This document shows positions 60,506-64,000 of a stretch of 64,000 bases of DNA, one piece after another. A program made the position numbers and the translations under genes. A model generated the notes under the pieces. The model worked only from the letters and a program-made list of their open reading frames with translations, was not told where the DNA came from and searched no databases. Origin of the DNA: Bdellovibrionales bacterium RIFOXYD12_FULL_39_22 (lineage in GTDB: Bacteria > Bdellovibrionota > Bacteriovoracia > Bacteriovoracales > Bacteriovoracaceae); contig MEQL01000052.1 in assembly GCA_001770205.1 (NCBI GenBank), forward strand, positions 1 to 64,000, read 5' to 3'. Each line of letters opens with the position of its first letter. Positions within the stretch are counted from its first letter, which is position 1.

Positions 60506-61554
60506 ACAAGTACAACGACAAAGAATCACTATCCATTATTGGAAAAGTTTTTTCAGATCCAATTTTAAAAAAACGCGGAGGAAGAATCAGGGAAAATGCA
60601 ATAATGGCATTGATTAAAAATCAAGAAAAAGAGGTAATTGATTTAATTGAAATTGCATTATCAGATGAAAACGTAGACGTAAAAATAAGCGCACTAAAGG
60701 TACTGGCAGATGCAGATAGAGATGATCAGCGCTTTTTTACGTTACTTAAAAAGGCACTTAACGATGATAATTTGGCCGTCAAGCAAAATGCTATACTTTC
60801 CCTCTCCGGCAACCAAAATCCAGAAGCATTCGCTTTAATAAATGATCTTCTAGAGAATCCAAATGATGAGATTAGAAAATTTGCTGCGATGGCACTATCT
60901 GGGCATAAAAACAATCCACAATCACTAATGTTGATTAAAAAAGCACTTAACGATAGTAGTTTGAAAGTCAAAGAGAGCGCCTTGCTATCACTGGCCGGAC
61001 GCACTGATGATGAATCTATCGCTTTGATAGAAAAATATCTTTTTACGACAGATCCTTCGTTGATAAAACTAAAAGAACATGCGGCAATGGCCCTCTATGG
61101 CATCCATGACATAAAAGCGCTAGTTTTGATAGAAAAAGCACTCGATATACAAGAATACTTCGTACAGTATAAAGCAATTCTAGCACTATCTGGATACAAC
61201 GATAACGAGTCATTGAAGGTTATAAGGAAGGCCTTTAATATTAAAGAACATGATTTTAAAATTGATGTTCTAAAAACCTTGTGCGGACGAACCGACCAAG
61301 GCTCACTGGAGCTATTAGAGGAAATAATTCGCGGGGAAAATGGCAAATTACGAAATTTGGCAATTGATCTTCTGGCCCTACGAGAAGATTTTCATGCCAC
61401 TAAACTAATAAAAAAACTACTTGAAACAGATAAATCATTAAGTAATATGGAGCGCGGCCGTCTTGAGTATGGCCTATTAAAAGAAATGGTTGCCAAGAAA
61501 ACTACAACTGCAAAGTGCCTGGCCTTAGCATTGCAAAGACTTTCCTCCAAATAA
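60415..61554 (+). CDS. HEAT/PBS-lyase repeat domain (3' part of the frameshifted gene)
   Basis: Frame open from 60415; about 31-aa repeats (LIKKAL.D....VK..A..AL.G) begin before the ATG at 60604. Confidence 0.75.
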   Translation: MSKNKPPPSWIEKAVLGNDWEYAEKAVLTLNKYNDKESLSIIGKVFSDPILKKRGGRIRENAIMALIKNQEKEVIDLIEIALSDENVDVKISALKVLADADRDDQRFFTLLKKALNDDNLAVKQNAILSLSGNQNPEAFALINDLLENPNDEIRKFAAMALSGHKNNPQSLMLIKKALNDSSLKVKESALLSLAGRTDDESIALIEKYLFTTDPSLIKLKEHAAMALYGIHDIKALVLIEKALDIQEYFVQYKAILALSGYNDNESLKVIRKAFNIKEHDFKIDVLKTLCGRTDQGSLELLEEIIRGENGKLRNLAIDLLALREDFHATKLIKKLLETDKSLSNMERGRLEYGLLKEMVAKKTTTAKCLALALQRLSSK

Positions 61555-61572
61555 CTTTGAACATTGTAATAT

Positions 61573-61611
61573 AAAAAAAAGAGAGGCCCTCATCCTGAGG
61601 GCCTCTTCTTT
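61573..61611. terminator. Bidirectional intrinsic terminator
   Basis: A8-GAGAGGCCCTCA-TCC-TGAGGGCCTCT-TCTTT between convergent genes. Confidence 0.88.
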
Positions 61612-61677
61612 CATGTAGACACCAAATTAATGATGTCTATATTTAACTATTAATTTCGTGCTAATAGAAAAATTTGA

Positions 61678-62571
61678 TCAATTATTTGCCAAAATCTTCA
61701 TCAATGCTTTTATATTCGTAATTCTGGTAACATCCTCTCCCCGACAACCATCCTCAGTGCACTGTTGTGGACGGCGACAGCGTGAGTCGTAATCATAAAC
61801 ATAGTCATTTTCTCCTCTAACCAAGATTCCTTCAACTACTCCAGTTTGACTATCAAATACCGCTGACCCGGAATTACCTCCAAAAGTATCTAAATTAGTC
61901 ACAAAATATTTCGCAAAGGCCGTCTCGCGTACACGCGCTCCTGCAGAAATTTTAGTTGGCAGGCCAGATGGGTGGCCAATTACTACAACCTCAGTATTCA
62001 TGCCAATTTTTCCTTCTCTTCTTACAATAAGTGGGGCACGATCTGTCACCGGTCGGTCCAATTTTATCAGTGCATAGTCGTCACTATTTGATGAAGACTG
62101 GGCCCTTTCAACAATCGACACACAAGAATAAACACTACTTTTTAACAATGTTGAAATAATCGGACGGCCCTCGTCAGTAACATTATAATCAAAGGCCCAT
62201 TTGAATCCATCACAATCACTCTGCTTGGTCACGCAATGTCCAGCAGTAACCAGCAAATCTGGCCCCACCAAAAAACCAGAACATCGGGCAACGGCAGTTT
62301 GATTGGCAAAACGCTCATCAGCACAGAGATTCATTCCCGACTGTAAAGTTCCACCTTTGATCGTATAATAGTCACTAACACCGTCGTCAATAAAAGTAGA
62401 ATTGCCGATTTGTGCAGCAGTTGACTGCGCTAACTGAAGATGTAATCCATCAGTTGCTTCGAAGAGATCAAGTCGATTATCGTCACCGTATATAACTTTA
62501 TTGCGAGCAAACAATGACGAAGATAAAATTAATAATATGCCAACAATTGCAGAAACCATCCATGAATTCAT
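61678..62571 (-). CDS. Secreted trypsin-like (S1) serine protease
   Basis: Signal peptide; CSGFLV, TAGHC, DYAL, GNSGS catalytic triad motifs. Confidence 0.93.
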   Translation of the reverse strand: MNSWMVSAIVGILLILSSSLFARNKVIYGDDNRLDLFEATDGLHLQLAQSTAAQIGNSTFIDDGVSDYYTIKGGTLQSGMNLCADERFANQTAVARCSGFLVGPDLLVTAGHCVTKQSDCDGFKWAFDYNVTDEGRPIISTLLKSSVYSCVSIVERAQSSSNSDDYALIKLDRPVTDRAPLIVRREGKIGMNTEVVVIGHPSGLPTKISAGARVRETAFAKYFVTNLDTFGGNSGSAVFDSQTGVVEGILVRGENDYVYDYDSRCRRPQQCTEDGCRGEDVTRITNIKALMKILANN

Positions 62572-62706
62572 AAATACACATCCTTGGTAATTAATTAGCG
62601 TTTAAAACGAAAAAAGAACTGCCATGTTCTCATTCGTCAGAAGAAACCTAATGTTCCTCCCATTACTGCTTTGAATAATTATCTGGAAGCAATTTCTAGT
62701 TGACAA

Positions 62707-63087
62707 CTAACAACTTCTTACATGAGTAGAATCTGTTCGAAAACTCCAGCGCCGCCCATCCATATCAATCAGGTAAAACACTCCACTTTTATCCTCTATA
62801 ATAATTTCTCTACTCAGCTCTTCTTTGCGATACAACAAAAAACGCCCTTTCTTTATTAATGCTTCTAACTCTTCACTAGTATCCATGAGAAAATTTAAAT
62901 CTGTTGGAACAACTTTTTCTCTGTTATCTGAAGAAATATTCACAAAGCGAAAGCAAATACCATCATAGAATAAATCAACATCGCATCCGTTTGCCACTGT
63001 ATCAACATCCAAAAGCTGGCCCAAAAAATTGGCCAGCAAATTCTTATTAGTTGTATATATGGTTATACCAGAAAAAGAGATACTCAT
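62707..63087 (-). CDS. VOC/glyoxalase-like small protein
   Basis: ITIYT...F...LL; FYLID.DG.RW C-terminal motif; coupled to the ftsH stop. Confidence 0.55.
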   Translation of the reverse strand: MSISFSGITIYTTNKNLLANFLGQLLDVDTVANGCDVDLFYDGICFRFVNISSDNREKVVPTDLNFLMDTSEELEALIKKGRFLLYRKEELSREIIIEDKSGVFYLIDMDGRRWSFRTDSTHVRSC

Positions 63088-64000
63088 TATACCGGGGCAG
63101 GATTGGGGATTTTTCCATTACTAGCTAGGTCACTATCTTTGTTATCATTGGTGCTGATTTCTTGTGAGGCAGATGGATGATTATTGCCATCATTTTTCTT
63201 GTTATTAAATACTGGCACTCCAATATCTTTTCCATCAACGATATCACGAATCTGTGCATAATCTAACGTTTCCCAAATAATAAGTTTTTCTGCAAGTCGA
63301 GTTAGGGCCTCGCGATGTTGCGTTAAAATTCCCACCGCTTGTTTGTAGTTGTTATCAATCAGAGAAAATACTTCATCATCGATATCACGAGCTTTGCTTT
63401 CAGAATAACCATTTTGTTCAATGGGGTTAGCGAAAGGGGAAATTCCAGTTTTTTCAAAACGAATAGGGCCCAATTTTTTTGACATCCCCCAATGACAAAC
63501 CATTTTATGTGCTAATGCCGTTGCCCGTTCAATATCATTACTAGCACCGTTGGTAATTTCTCCAAAAACTAGCTCCTCGGCACAACGCCCGCCCATTAAA
63601 AAAGAAATATAGTTACGGGCCTTTTCTGAACTTAAGCTTAGCATGTCCTCATTTGGTAGTGTCTGAGTTACTCCCAGTGCTGCGCCTCGAGGAATAATGC
63701 TAACTTTGTGAATAGGATCTGTCTGCGGAAGATTCATGCCAACCAGTGTATGGCCGGCCTCATGATAGGCAGTATTACGCTTTTCTTTGTCGGATAAAAC
63801 CATAGAACGTCTCTCCGAACCCATTAAAACTTTGTCTTTAGCATATTCGAAGTCTACATTTTCCAATCCCTTCTTATTCAAGCGAGCTGCTTGCAACGCC
63901 GCCTCATTTACCAAGTTGGCCAAATCTGCTCCAGAAAAACCTGGGGTGCCTTTGGCAATATCATCCAAGCGAACATCACCATTAAGTGGCGTTTTTCCTG
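63087..64000 (-). CDS. ftsH: ATP-dependent zinc metalloprotease FtsH (3' part, truncated by the window edge)
   Basis: TPGFSGADLANLVNEAAL, AYHEAGH, IIPRG.ALG, MGGR.AEE, GASNDIERAT. Confidence 0.97.
   Translation of the reverse strand, partial: GKTPLNGDVRLDDIAKGTPGFSGADLANLVNEAALQAARLNKKGLENVDFEYAKDKVLMGSERRSMVLSDKEKRNTAYHEAGHTLVGMNLPQTDPIHKVSIIPRGAALGVTQTLPNEDMLSLSSEKARNYISFLMGGRCAEELVFGEITNGASNDIERATALAHKMVCHWGMSKKLGPIRFEKTGISPFANPIEQNGYSESKARDIDDEVFSLIDNNYKQAVGILTQHREALTRLAEKLIIWETLDYAQIRDIVDGKDIGVPVFNNKKNDGNNHPSASQEISTNDNKDSDLASNGKIPNPAPV

Noticed and set aside
1..64000. CRISPR arrays, rRNA, tRNA, intact transposases, phage genes, alternative genetic code
   Set aside because: None seen by eye; conserved genes are full-length under the standard code and end in TAA, TAG or TGA

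Overview
AT-rich, gene-dense bacterial chromosomal window. The gene content (Agl/Glt gliding operon, Flp/Tad pilus genes, PilZ/GGDEF/HD-GYP signalling, many secreted hydrolases) suggests a predatory Bdellovibrionota-type organism; this is inference. Left end (1-6.4 kb): accessory patch with an RHH/PIN toxin-antitoxin pair, an island-end-like segment, a gluzincin-like protein, an IS21 istB relic, a DppA/M55 aminopeptidase and a secreted ChaN/EreA-like protein. Middle: prfC, a secreted tandem-HNH nuclease, a TolQ/TolR/TPR/FHA-TonB-C gliding operon followed by two membrane-PilZ paralogues, proBA, a diguanylate cyclase, secreted/outer-membrane hypotheticals, a DTW protein, sthA, a U32 protein, manC, a SPOR protein and a divergent flp-tad cluster. 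Right: HD-GYP and CheX-REC regulators, an M28 aminopeptidase, rsmJ, a fused gcvP, a Na+/H+ antiporter, a TsoY-like membrane protein, a frameshift-split SelO-like/HEAT gene, a trypsin, a VOC protein and the 3' part of ftsH. No rRNA, tRNA or CRISPR array seen. Most notable: a small basic gene nested antisense in the Tad secretin ORF, the SelO-like/HEAT gene split by a -1 frameshift, the live+dead tandem HNH nuclease, and strong GGCC enrichment that drops in apparently foreign genes. All calls come from reading motifs by eye; no searches were run.
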